Of a stretch of DNA of 56,458 nt, positions 9,948 through 19,273 are shown one piece after another. The notes beneath the pieces were generated by a model. The model searched no databases, was not told the origin of the DNA, and worked only from the letters and a program-made list of their open reading frames with translations. The position numbers and the translations under genes are program-made. The DNA comes from Armatimonadetes bacterium CG2_30_59_28 (GTDB taxonomy: Bacteria; Armatimonadota; Abditibacteriia; CG2-30-59-28), in the NCBI GenBank assembly GCA_001872605.1, contig MNXM01000308.1:4653-61110 (forward strand). The letters run 5' to 3'. Every line of letters starts with the position of its first letter. Positions within the stretch are counted from its first letter, which is position 1.

Positions 9948-11126
9948 ATGTCCCCATATCCCGGCGAATTGAGTGTCCCTGCTCGCGTCCTTCTCGGGCC
10001 AGGTCCCAGCGAAGTTCACCCCAGAGTTCTGCGCGCCCAGAGTGCACCCCTGGTGGGGCACCTCGATCCATTCTTCCTGGATCTCGTCAATCAGGTGAAA
10101 GATCTGCTGCGATGGGTTTTTGAGACTGAAAACCGAATGACATTCCCCGTTTCAGGAACCGGCACCGCCGGAATGGAGAGTTGCTTCGCAAACCTGCTCG
10201 AACATGGTGACCGTATATTGGTGTGCGTGAACGGGTACTTCGGCACACGGATGTGCGACATAGCGGTCCGTTGCGGCGCCGAGGTCACTCGCATCGACCA
10301 GGAGTGGGGGAAGGCGTTCGAGCCATCGGCCATCGCCAACGCGCTAAAAGACAACGCCTTCAAGGTCGTTTCCATTGTTCACGCTGAGACCTCCACCGGT
10401 GTGCTGCAACCACTGGAAGAAATCAGCAGACTGGTACACGACGCGGGTTCAATGCTGCTGGTTGATACGGTCACCTCACTGGGGGGATGTCCTGTGGAAA
10501 TCGACAAGCAGAACATCGATGCCACTTACAGCGGGTCGCAGAAATGCCTGAGCGCACCGCCGGGGATTTCTCCCGTGTCCTTTTCTGAGATGGCCATGGA
10601 CTGCATCCGGCGCCGGAAGACCGCGGTGCAATCGTTCTACCTCGACATGACCCTGATCGACAAGTACTACGGGTCGGGTCGAGCCTATCATCACACCGCC
10701 CCGATCAGTTCCGTGTATGGATTCTACGAAGCGCTGCGGCTGGCGCACGAGGAAGGCTTGCAGCGACGCTTCGAGAGACACCAGCGAAACCACCGAGCTC
10801 TGGTCGCCGGGCTTGAGGCGATGGGGCTCTCGATGCACGTCGACGCGAGTGAACGCCTATGGATGCTCAACACCGTTCAGGTCCCGGAGGAAATCGACGA
10901 CGCCGATCTGCGAACCCAACTCCTCACCGAGTACGGCATCGAGATCGGCGGCGGGTTGGGTGACCTCAAGGGGAAGGTTATGCGCATCGGGCTGATGGGG
11001 CACAGCTCCAACCGGAGGAATGTGACGTTGCTGCTTTCGGCGTTGTCCGTTCTGCTCAACCAGAGAGGAATCAAGGCTGATGCAGACACGGCACTGGCCG
11101 CTGCAGGTGAAGCCTTTGAGTCGTGA
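9948..11126 (+). CDS. Alanine/serine-glyoxylate aminotransferase (class V)
   Basis: LLGPGPS, SGTGTAGME, VHAETSTGV, DTVTSLGG, SGSQKCL (PLP lysine), YHHTAP, RIGLMG; AGGAGG RBS. Confidence 0.93.
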   Translation: MSPYPGELSVPARVLLGPGPSEVHPRVLRAQSAPLVGHLDPFFLDLVNQVKDLLRWVFETENRMTFPVSGTGTAGMESCFANLLEHGDRILVCVNGYFGTRMCDIAVRCGAEVTRIDQEWGKAFEPSAIANALKDNAFKVVSIVHAETSTGVLQPLEEISRLVHDAGSMLLVDTVTSLGGCPVEIDKQNIDATYSGSQKCLSAPPGISPVSFSEMAMDCIRRRKTAVQSFYLDMTLIDKYYGSGRAYHHTAPISSVYGFYEALRLAHEEGLQRRFERHQRNHRALVAGLEAMGLSMHVDASERLWMLNTVQVPEEIDDADLRTQLLTEYGIEIGGGLGDLKGKVMRIGLMGHSSNRRNVTLLLSALSVLLNQRGIKADADTALAAAGEAFES

Positions 11127-11128
11127 GC

Positions 11129-11147
11129 GCGGACTCACAGAGTCCGA
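11129..11147 (+). repeat. 19-bp palindromic repeat GCGGACTCACAGAGTCCGA
   Basis: Identical to copies at 26262 and 27146, and in reverse at 26512, 26531 and 26625. Confidence 0.85.
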
Positions 11148-11187
11148 ACAGTCTCATCGACTGCTCCACACAAAATCAATGGGAGAA

Positions 11188-12513
11188 ATGATTATGAATG
11201 AGTCAGGGATCGCTCAATCTCTCGATGCCCTCGTCGTGGATGGTACTCGACCACGGGAGATCGTTGCTCCCACTTCATCCCAGGAAACCGCGGAAGTATT
11301 GAGGGAAGCTGGCGGGAAGGGCAGGGGCGTTATCCCGGCCGGGAACGGAACGAAGCTCCACATCGGCAACCCTCCAACCCGATATGACTTGGCTCTCTCA
11401 ACCCGAGGCATGACCCAGTTGGTTGACCTCGACCCGGAGAACCTCACGGTGACTGTTCAGGCTGGAATGAACTTCGCTGAGTTGCAGCGCATCGTCGGAG
11501 AAAAGCGCCAGTTTGTCCCCATCGATCCACCTTCGACAGACAGAGCGACCGTGGGTGGAGTGACCGCGGCAAGGTCCTGCGGACCGCGTCGATTTGCCTG
11601 GAAGAGTCCGCGAGACATCATTCTGGGAATGGAGGTTGCGTTGGCGAACGGCGAGGTTGTCAAAGTGGGCGGAAAAGTCGTGAAGAATGTTGCGGGGTAC
11701 GATGTCACCAAACTCTTCGTGGGTTCCTTCGGAAGTCTCGGAGTCATCACTGCGGTAACGCTGAAAACGATGGCGCTGTCGGAGACTAACGCAACCATCA
11801 GCGGCTCAGTCGCCAGCCTGACTTCCCTGCGGAACGCCGCGTCTCAGTTGCTTGACAGCCACCTTATGCCGACGGCCATTGTGGGGATGAACGGCGCCGC
11901 GGCAGCTCGCATCGGTGTGGGAAACAGAGCAGCGCTTGTTGTCACGTTCGAGGGGCTTGAGCGGGCCGTCACGCGACAGACTACGGAAACCCGCGATCTC
12001 ATGGACGCCCACGGCGTTCAGAACCTCGGAATCGCGACGGACAGCACCCGCATCTGGCAGCAGGTAGCTGATTTTGCGGTTCCACCATGCTCTCCACAGC
12101 AGCCGGGAGAACCTGCGACAGTTCGAGCCGTTGTGAAGTGCGCCCTGCCGCTGACTGAGATGAGCGAATTCATGCAACAGACGGAACAAATGGCAGAGGA
12201 GGCAGGGCTGGAAGCAGAAGTCGTCGGCTGGCTGGGAACGGGAACCGTTTACGTCAGGGCCGCTTGTGACGTGAGCCACAACACCAAGCTGCCAGGTTTC
12301 GCTCAACGGATTGCAGCGGACGCGCAGGAAAGGCAGGGGCACTGCGTTGCCGAATATCTGCCACCGGAGACGAAACACGCCATCGACGTGTGGGCCTGCC
12401 TCCCTCGAGAGCAAACGCGATCTCAAGACGACTTTGAATACACACGCAAAATCAAGGAGCAAATGGACCCCCACTCCACCTTGAGTCCCGGGCGGTGGCT
12501 TGGGCGTCTCTGA
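11188..12513 (+). CDS. FAD-binding oxidoreductase, glycolate oxidase GlcE-like subunit
   Basis: FAD_binding_4 motifs (ATVGG, GGKVVKNVAGYDVTKLFVGSFGSLGVIT) and C-terminal DPxxTLSPGR; lacks the GEHG motif of GlcD. Confidence 0.85.
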   Translation: MIMNESGIAQSLDALVVDGTRPREIVAPTSSQETAEVLREAGGKGRGVIPAGNGTKLHIGNPPTRYDLALSTRGMTQLVDLDPENLTVTVQAGMNFAELQRIVGEKRQFVPIDPPSTDRATVGGVTAARSCGPRRFAWKSPRDIILGMEVALANGEVVKVGGKVVKNVAGYDVTKLFVGSFGSLGVITAVTLKTMALSETNATISGSVASLTSLRNAASQLLDSHLMPTAIVGMNGAAAARIGVGNRAALVVTFEGLERAVTRQTTETRDLMDAHGVQNLGIATDSTRIWQQVADFAVPPCSPQQPGEPATVRAVVKCALPLTEMSEFMQQTEQMAEEAGLEAEVVGWLGTGTVYVRAACDVSHNTKLPGFAQRIAADAQERQGHCVAEYLPPETKHAIDVWACLPREQTRSQDDFEYTRKIKEQMDPHSTLSPGRWLGRL

Positions 12514-12523
12514 GACGGACAGC

Positions 12524-12542
12524 GCGAACTCGCAGAGTTCGA
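12524..12542 (+). repeat. 19-bp palindromic repeat variant GCGAACTCGCAGAGTTCGA
   Basis: 3 differences from the consensus, two of them a compensatory G-C to A-T pair. Confidence 0.7.
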
Positions 12543-12579
12543 AGATTCCTGACGACGAACACGCGGGAGTTTGTGTCTG

Positions 12580-12909
12580 TCAAGTAAGCTTCGCGACCAG
12601 CGCCTCAAGCGCTCCGCTACTTCTGCCGCGCACGCAAACGCTCTTCTGCCGCGACTTGTGTCCCGCTGTAATTTCAATCTGTGACTTGGGGACCCCCAGC
12701 CAGTTGGAGAGGGTCTCGACTACGGCGCGGTTGGCTTCGCCCTTGTCGGGTGCAGCGGTGACGTGAACGATTAACGCTCCGGCGCGGATTCCCTCCACCG
12801 AGTTCCGGCGCGCCTTTGGCTTGACAGAAACCCGACAACGGATGCTGCCGTCGCTCTCATGGACTTCAAGGCTGTGAGAATGAGCGGTCACGATGCTCCC
12901 GCCTGCCAC
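12580..12909 (-). CDS. yggU: DUF167/YggU family protein
   Basis: VSVKPKARRN, VTAAPDKGEAN, LGVPKSQIEITAGHKSRQK. Confidence 0.88.
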   Translation of the reverse strand: MAGGSIVTAHSHSLEVHESDGSIRCRVSVKPKARRNSVEGIRAGALIVHVTAAPDKGEANRAVVETLSNWLGVPKSQIEITAGHKSRQKSVCVRGRSSGALEALVAKLT

Positions 12910-13577
12910 TATGTCTCCGCGTGTGCACCCACCATCGCCCAGTCGATGAGACGCGCCCTGGGGGTGGTCACGTCCCCATCGACGACGGAGTTCCCATTCC
13001 CATCACCCCGCGTAGCGAAGTGGTCAGACCTATCGTCGGTGTCACACGTTGCTGCGCTCAACTGCTGGTCGGGATCGGTCTCAGCGGACAGGTTCCCATG
13101 GAAGGTCGGAGGGATCTCCGCCTCCGGAGGGTCAATCTGATGCCGATCCAGCATCTTGTGGTAGGTCTCGAGTAGCGCCTTGAACTCCAACTCAAAACAC
13201 ACTCTCTGCTGTCGGAGGTCCGACATACTTACTTCCAGTTCGGCGACCTGGGAGCGGGCCTTGTCGGTCATCGCACGGCTCTGGTGTTCTGCGTCAGCCA
13301 CGATCAGCTCCGCCCGCTTCTCGGCCCCCCGCTTCGTCTCTTCCGCGGTTCGCTGAGCGACCACCAAGGCGTTCTGCATCGTTTCCTCGATACGCTCGAA
13401 CTGCCCCAGGCGTTGTTGCAGAGTTTCCACCTGATCCCGCAGGTGCGCATTCTCTGTGACTACCTTCTCAAAATCCTGCGAGGCCTGACGCAGAAAATCC
13501 TGCACCTCATGATCGTTATATCCCCGGAATCCGCGACGAAACTCGCGATGTAATATGTCCAGTGGGGTTACTGGCAT
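12909..13577 (-). CDS. divIVA: DivIVA domain cell division protein
   Basis: MPVTPLDILHREFRRGFRGYNDHEVQDFL followed by coiled coil. Confidence 0.92.
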   Translation of the reverse strand: MPVTPLDILHREFRRGFRGYNDHEVQDFLRQASQDFEKVVTENAHLRDQVETLQQRLGQFERIEETMQNALVVAQRTAEETKRGAEKRAELIVADAEHQSRAMTDKARSQVAELEVSMSDLRQQRVCFELEFKALLETYHKMLDRHQIDPPEAEIPPTFHGNLSAETDPDQQLSAATCDTDDRSDHFATRGDGNGNSVVDGDVTTPRARLIDWAMVGAHAET

Positions 13578-13609
13578 GGGATGCACCTCGATTCGGAATG
13601 CTTTCTCGA

Positions 13610-14428
13610 TCATTCGTATTGCCCAAGCTCAACGGAACGCTCGGTGGCGGCTTTCACGGCGTTCATAACGGTGGCGCGGAACTTACCGCGCTCCAATTCA
13701 TAAATCCCGGCAATGGTCGTCCCCCCCGGGGAAGTCACCATGTCCTTCAGTGCGCCAGGATGTCTTCCAGTTGTCAGCACCATCTCCGACGCGCCCTTGA
13801 CGGTCTGCGCCGCAAGTTGAGCCGCCACCGACCGGGGCAGCCCCATGCGGACGCCCGCGTCTGAAAGGGCTTCAATAAAGAGATAAACGTAGGCAGGTCC
13901 ACTCCCACTCAGCCCCGTCACCGCGTCGAGCAGCTTCTCATCCACTTCCACGGCAATCCCCACCGCCTTCAGAAGTGCCGCGGTGATCGCGAGGTGCCGG
14001 TCGGTGGCGTGGGTTCCCGCGGCGAATCCCGACGCCGACTGTCCTACCAGACAAGGAGTGTTTGGCATCACGCGAATGACGGGAACGCCTTCCCTCACCA
14101 GTGACTCGATCCGACTGATGCAGACGCCCGCCGCGATCGAGACAAGCAGTTGCGAAGGGTCGAGCGCGCCTCCGACCTCGCTCAACACGGCGGGCACAAT
14201 GTTGGGTTTGACGGACAGCACAACCACCGAAGCATTCCGTACCGCCCGCCGATTGCTGGTAGTCGTCCGAACGCCTGTCTCCTTCTTAAGCGTGCTCAGG
14301 GCCGCGGAGTCAATATCCGCAGCGACAATCTGCAGGGGATTGTAGTCGGCTCCGGTAATCAGCCCTCTGATTAGCGCCTGCCCCATGGCCCCGGCGCCGA
14401 GAAAGGCGACGATACTGTTGTCAGGCAT
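13610..14428 (-). CDS. proC: Pyrroline-5-carboxylate reductase
   Basis: FLGAGAMG, SIAAGV, RVMPNTP, TGLSGSGPAY, VTSPGGTT. Confidence 0.96.
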   Translation of the reverse strand: MPDNSIVAFLGAGAMGQALIRGLITGADYNPLQIVAADIDSAALSTLKKETGVRTTTSNRRAVRNASVVVLSVKPNIVPAVLSEVGGALDPSQLLVSIAAGVCISRIESLVREGVPVIRVMPNTPCLVGQSASGFAAGTHATDRHLAITAALLKAVGIAVEVDEKLLDAVTGLSGSGPAYVYLFIEALSDAGVRMGLPRSVAAQLAAQTVKGASEMVLTTGRHPGALKDMVTSPGGTTIAGIYELERGKFRATVMNAVKAATERSVELGQYE

Positions 14429-14483
14429 TCTGAACTCCCCCCTGTTGTCTCTCGCCATCATGAAGGGCAAAGTAGTACCGGGT

Positions 14484-15026
14484 CTACGAGTTGCAGGAAA
14501 ACAAGCTGGCACGCTCGAAGGAATCGGACCCGGTCTGCTGCCGATCGTTGATCTGTGTGGCTTGCGGTGCAGCCCTCAGACTCTCTCTGAAGCCGTTGAG
14601 AAACAGCCCATGGTCCTCGAGGTGGCTCTTCTCTTCGGAAGTGATGTAGAAGTCCTGAGGCAGGAATAGGAAGAGGCGTTCCCCCACCTTATGGGAGTGG
14701 CCGTCCACGCCGCAGCAAACACCGGACAGCACGTCGACCATGCGGCGTCCCATGTTCGAATCAACATTCTGGAGGTTAACGAAAATCGCCGCTCCGGACT
14801 TGAGGTAATCAGCGGCAACTGCCGCATCATCATAGGACGCGGGCTGGAGGGTGTAGATGGACTTCTCCCGGGGAGATGGGAACTTCAGCAGCTTGATCTG
14901 GCGCTTCCGAGTAGGCGCGGCGTTACCGTTACCGTTACCGTTCTCTTCTTCCTCATAGTCTTCCTCATAGTACGCGTTCTGATACTCCATGCCCAATAGG
15001 TTCTTCATTGCTGCGACGAAACTCAT
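14484..15026 (-). CDS. sepF: Cell division protein SepF
   Basis: PASYDDA..AADYLK, VNLQNVD, RRMVDVLSG, FLFLP; position after yggS; AGGAGG RBS. Confidence 0.88.
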   Translation of the reverse strand: MSFVAAMKNLLGMEYQNAYYEEDYEEEENGNGNGNAAPTRKRQIKLLKFPSPREKSIYTLQPASYDDAAVAADYLKSGAAIFVNLQNVDSNMGRRMVDVLSGVCCGVDGHSHKVGERLFLFLPQDFYITSEEKSHLEDHGLFLNGFRESLRAAPQATQINDRQQTGSDSFERASLFSCNS

Positions 15027-15138
15027 AGCTTTGCTGCCTCCTTGATGTGATGTCTACTGCTTGGATGCCGTCTTGCCGTAGTGCGATGTTTTTTCGTGGC
15101 GTGTAGAATTAAGTCTGGGGCATTTTTCCCTGGACCGC

Positions 15139-15828
15139 TCAACTTCGGGGGCCGAAGATGCCAGTGCCTACCCGAATGATATTTGCCCCCTCCTCAATAG
15201 CGACGTCAAAATCATTGGTCATTCCCATGGAAAGGTATTGCATACTAACTCTGGAAATGCCTCGATGGTCCATTTCATTTGAGAGAGTTCTCATTTCCCG
15301 GAAATCGCGCCTGCTCTCTTCCGGGTTTTCTCGAGCCGGCGGAATTGCCATCAAACCAACCACAGCAATGCCTGGCAACCCACTGATGGCGGACAGCAGC
15401 TCCGCCAATCTCTCGGGAGCAACGCCCGACTTGCTCTCCTCGTAACCAAGATTCACTTCCACCAGACCGCGAATCACTCGGCCAACCAACACTGCACGCT
15501 TGCTGATTTCTTCCGCCAACCCGACTCGGTCCATCGAATGCACCCAGTCGAACACCGGCACAACCTGTCGAACTTTGTTGGTTTGCAGATGACCTATGAA
15601 ATGCCGCTCGATTGACGCAGGGAGCAAGCCAACTTTCTCCAGTGCTTCCTGAACGTAGTTCTCACCGACATGCTTCAGCCCGGCTTCCACTGCCTGACAG
15701 ATGCGTTCAGGCTTCACCTGTTTGGCTGCTCCAACGATAATGACTTCCTTCGGGTCGCGCCCCGCGCGTTCACATGCGAGCTCCACGCGCTGTCCGATTG
15801 CCCTGAAGTTGTCGCCAACTGTCATCAT
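15139..15828 (-). CDS. yggS: YggS family PLP homeostasis protein
   Basis: GENYVQE, HFIGHLQTNK, SKSG, GLMAIPP, LSMGMTND, RVGTGIFG. Confidence 0.96.
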   Translation of the reverse strand: MMTVGDNFRAIGQRVELACERAGRDPKEVIIVGAAKQVKPERICQAVEAGLKHVGENYVQEALEKVGLLPASIERHFIGHLQTNKVRQVVPVFDWVHSMDRVGLAEEISKRAVLVGRVIRGLVEVNLGYEESKSGVAPERLAELLSAISGLPGIAVVGLMAIPPARENPEESRRDFREMRTLSNEMDHRGISRVSMQYLSMGMTNDFDVAIEEGANIIRVGTGIFGPRS

Positions 15829-15851
15829 CGCACTTCACTTGAGTGACGATG

Positions 15852-15880
15852 ATTATAACAAATGCAGAGGGTCAATACAA
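15852..15880 (-). promoter_or_regulatory. sigma70-type promoter for the yggS-sepF-proC-divIVA-yggU cluster
   Basis: Minus strand TTGTAT-17 bp-TATAAT with a TG extension. Confidence 0.55.
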
Positions 15881-16120
15881 ATCGACGTAAGAATGTGGGG
15901 GAATTGTTGTTGCGAAGGTCGTCTCTCCGCGAGACTCCCTTTCTCAACCGGAGTCTTTTGGCCGGTGCGAGGCCCAGGGGTGCGCAAATACTCCTGCGTC
16001 ACGCTAACGAGGGGTGGCAGCAAGGAATCTTGCCGCCCTCATACCGAATCCCCGCCTCAGTAGAGCGAGGGGCGATCGACTTGCGCGGGGTCGCTTGTGG
16101 GTGTTTGCCGAACGTGCCGT

Positions 16121-16402
16121 CTATGCGGCGCCGCCCGCGATGGCTGGCACAATGGACACCTCGTCTCCATCCTTGACCGGGGTATCCAATCCGTCCAGAA
16201 AGCGCACGTCTTCTTCATTGACGTAGATATTCACGAAGCGTCGCAACTTGCCACTCTCTTCGCACAACCTGTCCTTGATTCCGGGATATTCCTTCTCCAG
16301 TCCGTCGATGATCTCAGAGAGCTTTTCACCATCGAGCTGGATCTCCCCCTGGTCTCCCGTCAGTTTCTGCAACGGTGTCGGTATGCGTACTGCAATGCTC
16401 AC
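16121..16402 (-). CDS. MoaD/ThiS/CysO ubiquitin-like sulfur carrier
   Basis: VRIPTPL, FVNIYVNEEDVRFL, PAIAGG followed by a 2-residue AA extension. Confidence 0.92.
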   Translation of the reverse strand: MSIAVRIPTPLQKLTGDQGEIQLDGEKLSEIIDGLEKEYPGIKDRLCEESGKLRRFVNIYVNEEDVRFLDGLDTPVKDGDEVSIVPAIAGGAA

Positions 16403-16580
16403 GGTTCTTCACCTCTTCGGATTGTTGACGATCGTCCGCAGACAAATCGTCGGTGTCGGGAGTCCACTGCTCCCTGCCGCCAAGCGGCCACGTCATGAAT
16501 TCTCAGCTCCCCAATGCGGTGGCCGGGAAACCATGTATAATCTGAACTGATTCCGGGGGTTCGTAAACAACCGGGTCACT

Positions 16581-16609
16581 ATTCTATCTCTTAGAGGCGG
16601 GTTGCGCAA
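16581..16609 (-). promoter_or_regulatory. possible promoter for the MoaD/ThiS gene
   Basis: Minus strand TTGCGC-17 bp-TAGAAT. Confidence 0.4.
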
Positions 16610-16707
16610 CAGACGCTCCCATGCCCTGCCATTAGGCTTCGCCGCGCGCGATGGCAGCAGACTGAATCTGGTCGGTTTTCTTGAAGCGCGGGTGAGGGCG
16701 GCTCGAC

Positions 16708-16726
16708 TCGAACTCTCCGAGTTCGC
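16708..16726 (-). repeat. 19-bp palindromic repeat variant GCGAACTCGGAGAGTTCGA
   Basis: 1 mismatch to the 12524 copy; intergenic. Confidence 0.7.
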
Positions 16727-16821
16727 GGAGTTTCGCCTTCCCTGGATATTTCGTTCGGCGTGATCCCAACGAGTCGGGATAGACAATTCTCTTGAGGTGG
16801 CGCTCGTCCGGAGGACAGGTG

Positions 16822-17619
16822 TCACAGCGGTACCGATGTCCGCTCTCTCCCCCTGAAGCGCACGGTCTCGCTGTACCCCACGCGTTGCAGGAGTTCGGCA
16901 GCAAGATTGTAGTGCCTCCCGATGTGGCTGGTCTGGTGGGCATCGTCGTTGATTAGAACAGGAATGTTCCGCTCAATACACTGTGCGAGAATCGTTTCCG
17001 ACGGATAGGCTTCTGCGCAGGGCTTGTCCCAGCCTGCTGTGTTCACCTCGACGGCGAGGTCTGCCGCTGCGATGGCATCCAGCGCATCGGTAATCCTGCC
17101 CGACAGGTCGATGGTGGGGTAGTAGGCAAACTTCTTAGGAAGGTCAATGTGACCCAGGAAATCAACCCGCCCCCACTCAGCAAGCTGCCGTAGACGTGTC
17201 CAGTAAGCCTCATGAACCCCGTCTATCTGGTCCTGCGTCAGCGGCGTCCAGTAGGAAGCATCCGCGTCGACAGGAAAGTCGTCCACGTAGTGAATAGACC
17301 CAACGATGTAATCGAGTCGCCCAATGTGAGACCCCAGTCGCTTCTCCAGTAGTCCACACGTTTCTGGAAAGAAGTCGATTTCCACGCCGAGCCGAACCGG
17401 CACCCGGGCACCCTCACGCACCTCGCAGACATCGTCCAGATACTCCGAAACCGATGCCAGCGGCATGGACCAGTCGACCTCCACGCCGTCCGGACGGAGA
17501 ACAAAATGGTCCGACACGCCGTACTCCGCCGCTCCCGCGGCTTCCGCGGCAGCGACCATCCCTTGGATGGAACACTTTCCGTCGCTCCAGCGGGAATGGG
17601 TGTGCAACGATGCGTACAT
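16822..17619 (-). CDS. PHP-domain histidinol-phosphatase family protein
   Basis: HTHSRWSDG, SDH, LGVEIDF, GSIH, GHIDLPK, EVNTAG, NDDAH. Confidence 0.88.
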   Translation of the reverse strand: MYASLHTHSRWSDGKCSIQGMVAAAEAAGAAEYGVSDHFVLRPDGVEVDWSMPLASVSEYLDDVCEVREGARVPVRLGVEIDFFPETCGLLEKRLGSHIGRLDYIVGSIHYVDDFPVDADASYWTPLTQDQIDGVHEAYWTRLRQLAEWGRVDFLGHIDLPKKFAYYPTIDLSGRITDALDAIAAADLAVEVNTAGWDKPCAEAYPSETILAQCIERNIPVLINDDAHQTSHIGRHYNLAAELLQRVGYSETVRFRGRERTSVPL

Positions 17620-17677
17620 AATTCAATCTCCTTGTGGCAGACCGCGCTCACGTACTGGGGACCCACTACGGGAGCCG

Positions 17678-18148
17678 CTACGGCCTGCATACTGGACAAG
17701 GCTCGTACTTGTTCTGGAGTGCTTGCTCCCTGTCCGGAAAAGCAATCATCTCCTTCGCTTCAGGGATGTCGGGGCAAAGTGGACGATGGAAGACTCTTCG
17801 GCGCGTATCTCCAACAAACTGGCGGGGCGACGATGGGAGATCAACGAGCGTTTCCCCAACTGGAGTAATGGCTTTCCGAGAGGATGTTGGCGCACCTCCA
17901 CCGGGTTCCCCCCAGCCCTCCACCGCCTCGGGGGACGCGTCGGGTGCCGATTTCGCTGACGCAGACGGCGGGGGGGGAGCTCGAAGGGATTGGGTGGGCT
18001 GAGGGTGTAGCTCCTCGGAGTTCCGGTACTGGAAATAGGTGATGACCGCGCCAACCGCCACATACAAAACGATCAGACCGCCACACCCCAGACAGCCTTT
18101 AAGGGCGATGTTGGCGGGGCGTATTGCCTTCTTCTTCTCACTGCGCAT
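17678..18148 (-). CDS. Membrane-anchored protein with C-terminal Ada-type metal-binding domain
   Basis: One TM helix, Pro/Ser linker, FVG...VFHRPLC...YEPCPVCRP. Confidence 0.7.
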   Translation of the reverse strand: MRSEKKKAIRPANIALKGCLGCGGLIVLYVAVGAVITYFQYRNSEELHPQPTQSLRAPPPPSASAKSAPDASPEAVEGWGEPGGGAPTSSRKAITPVGETLVDLPSSPRQFVGDTRRRVFHRPLCPDIPEAKEMIAFPDREQALQNKYEPCPVCRP

Positions 18149-18160
18149 GCCGCTCCGCTC

Positions 18161-18790
18161 TCATTTCAGAAACGGATTGGAGGACTTCTCCCGCTCGACG
18201 GTCGTTTCCGGCCCATGTCCGCAGTACGCCGTGGTGTCCCCGGGCAAGGTGAGCAGTTTCGTCCGGATCGACGCGATCAACTGAGCATGGTTCCCTCCGG
18301 GCAAATCGCTTCTGCCCACCGATCCGGCAAACAGCGCGTCACCCACAAACACCGTCCCCTCACCTTCGCAGTAGAAAGCCGCGCCACCCGGAGAATGGCC
18401 GGGGATGTGCAGAACTGAGAACTCCATCGCCCCAACCGTCAGCGCGTCCCCGTCCTGCAGCACGCGGTCCGGCGCTGGAGAAGGCTCACCAATATCGACG
18501 CCCATCCAGAAACACTGGTCGGTCAAGGCCTCTAACAGGTCTATATCTCCTGCATGGATTGCCAGCACGCCGCCGGTCTCTCGAATGAACTGCGCGTTCG
18601 AATATATGTGGTCCCAGTGCCCGTGTGTATTCAGAATCCAATCGACGTTCCACTCACGCTGCCTGACAGTATCGAGCATTTCGTCGCTGTCGATGCCCGG
18701 GTCGATGATGAGACACCGCCCAGACTCTACATCGCCCACGATGAAGCCATTCGTGTCTACCGGCCCGAATACATGCTTGCTGACAATCAC
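18161..18790 (-). CDS. MBL-fold metallo-hydrolase (YcbL/glyoxalase II-like)
   Basis: IIDPG, THGHWDH, PGHSPG, GDALF, GHGPET; start set at GTG 18790. Confidence 0.92.
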   Translation of the reverse strand: MIVSKHVFGPVDTNGFIVGDVESGRCLIIDPGIDSDEMLDTVRQREWNVDWILNTHGHWDHIYSNAQFIRETGGVLAIHAGDIDLLEALTDQCFWMGVDIGEPSPAPDRVLQDGDALTVGAMEFSVLHIPGHSPGGAAFYCEGEGTVFVGDALFAGSVGRSDLPGGNHAQLIASIRTKLLTLPGDTTAYCGHGPETTVEREKSSNPFLK

Positions 18791-18858
18791 GCCATCACGT
18801 TTCTTCGCGTCGTCCGTGGTGCCCTGGGAGCATAGTAGGAGGTTGGGGCAGGCAAGGA

Positions 18859-19131
18859 TCACGTGCCCTTGCCGGTAGCCGGGGTTACATCCGGGTTGTC
18901 TTCGAAGTACTGTGCGTTGATCTGGATATATTCTTCCCACTCCGCGGGGACGTCGCCCTCCTCGAAGATGGCTTCCACCGGGCACTCCGGCTCACAGGCC
19001 CCGCAGTCGATACATTCCTCCGGATGGATATAGAGCATCTTCTCGTCCTCGTAGATGCACTCAACCGGGCATACATCCACACAGGCCTTGTCCTTGGTGT
19101 CGATGCACGGTTCACAAATAATGTACGCCAT
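18859..19131 (-). CDS. Dicluster (7Fe-type) ferredoxin
   Basis: CEPC...CVDVCPVEC and CIDCGACEPECP; AGGAGG RBS. Confidence 0.94.
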   Translation of the reverse strand: MAYIICEPCIDTKDKACVDVCPVECIYEDEKMLYIHPEECIDCGACEPECPVEAIFEEGDVPAEWEEYIQINAQYFEDNPDVTPATGKGT

Positions 19132-19273
19132 TGCAGACCACTCCTCCTATTCGATCCGTCACTTCAGCCCATCGGCAGCGGAACCGATGAGTCACGTAAC
19201 AAATTGACCTATGGGGATGTATTTGACAAGACCACGCCATGTCCGGTTCGGGCATGGCATCGAGAACGCCAAA

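Noticed and set aside
16493-16943. Short minus-strand ORFs between the PHP and MoaD genes
   Set aside because: They overlap a real gene, a repeat and a candidate promoter; the composition is not protein-like
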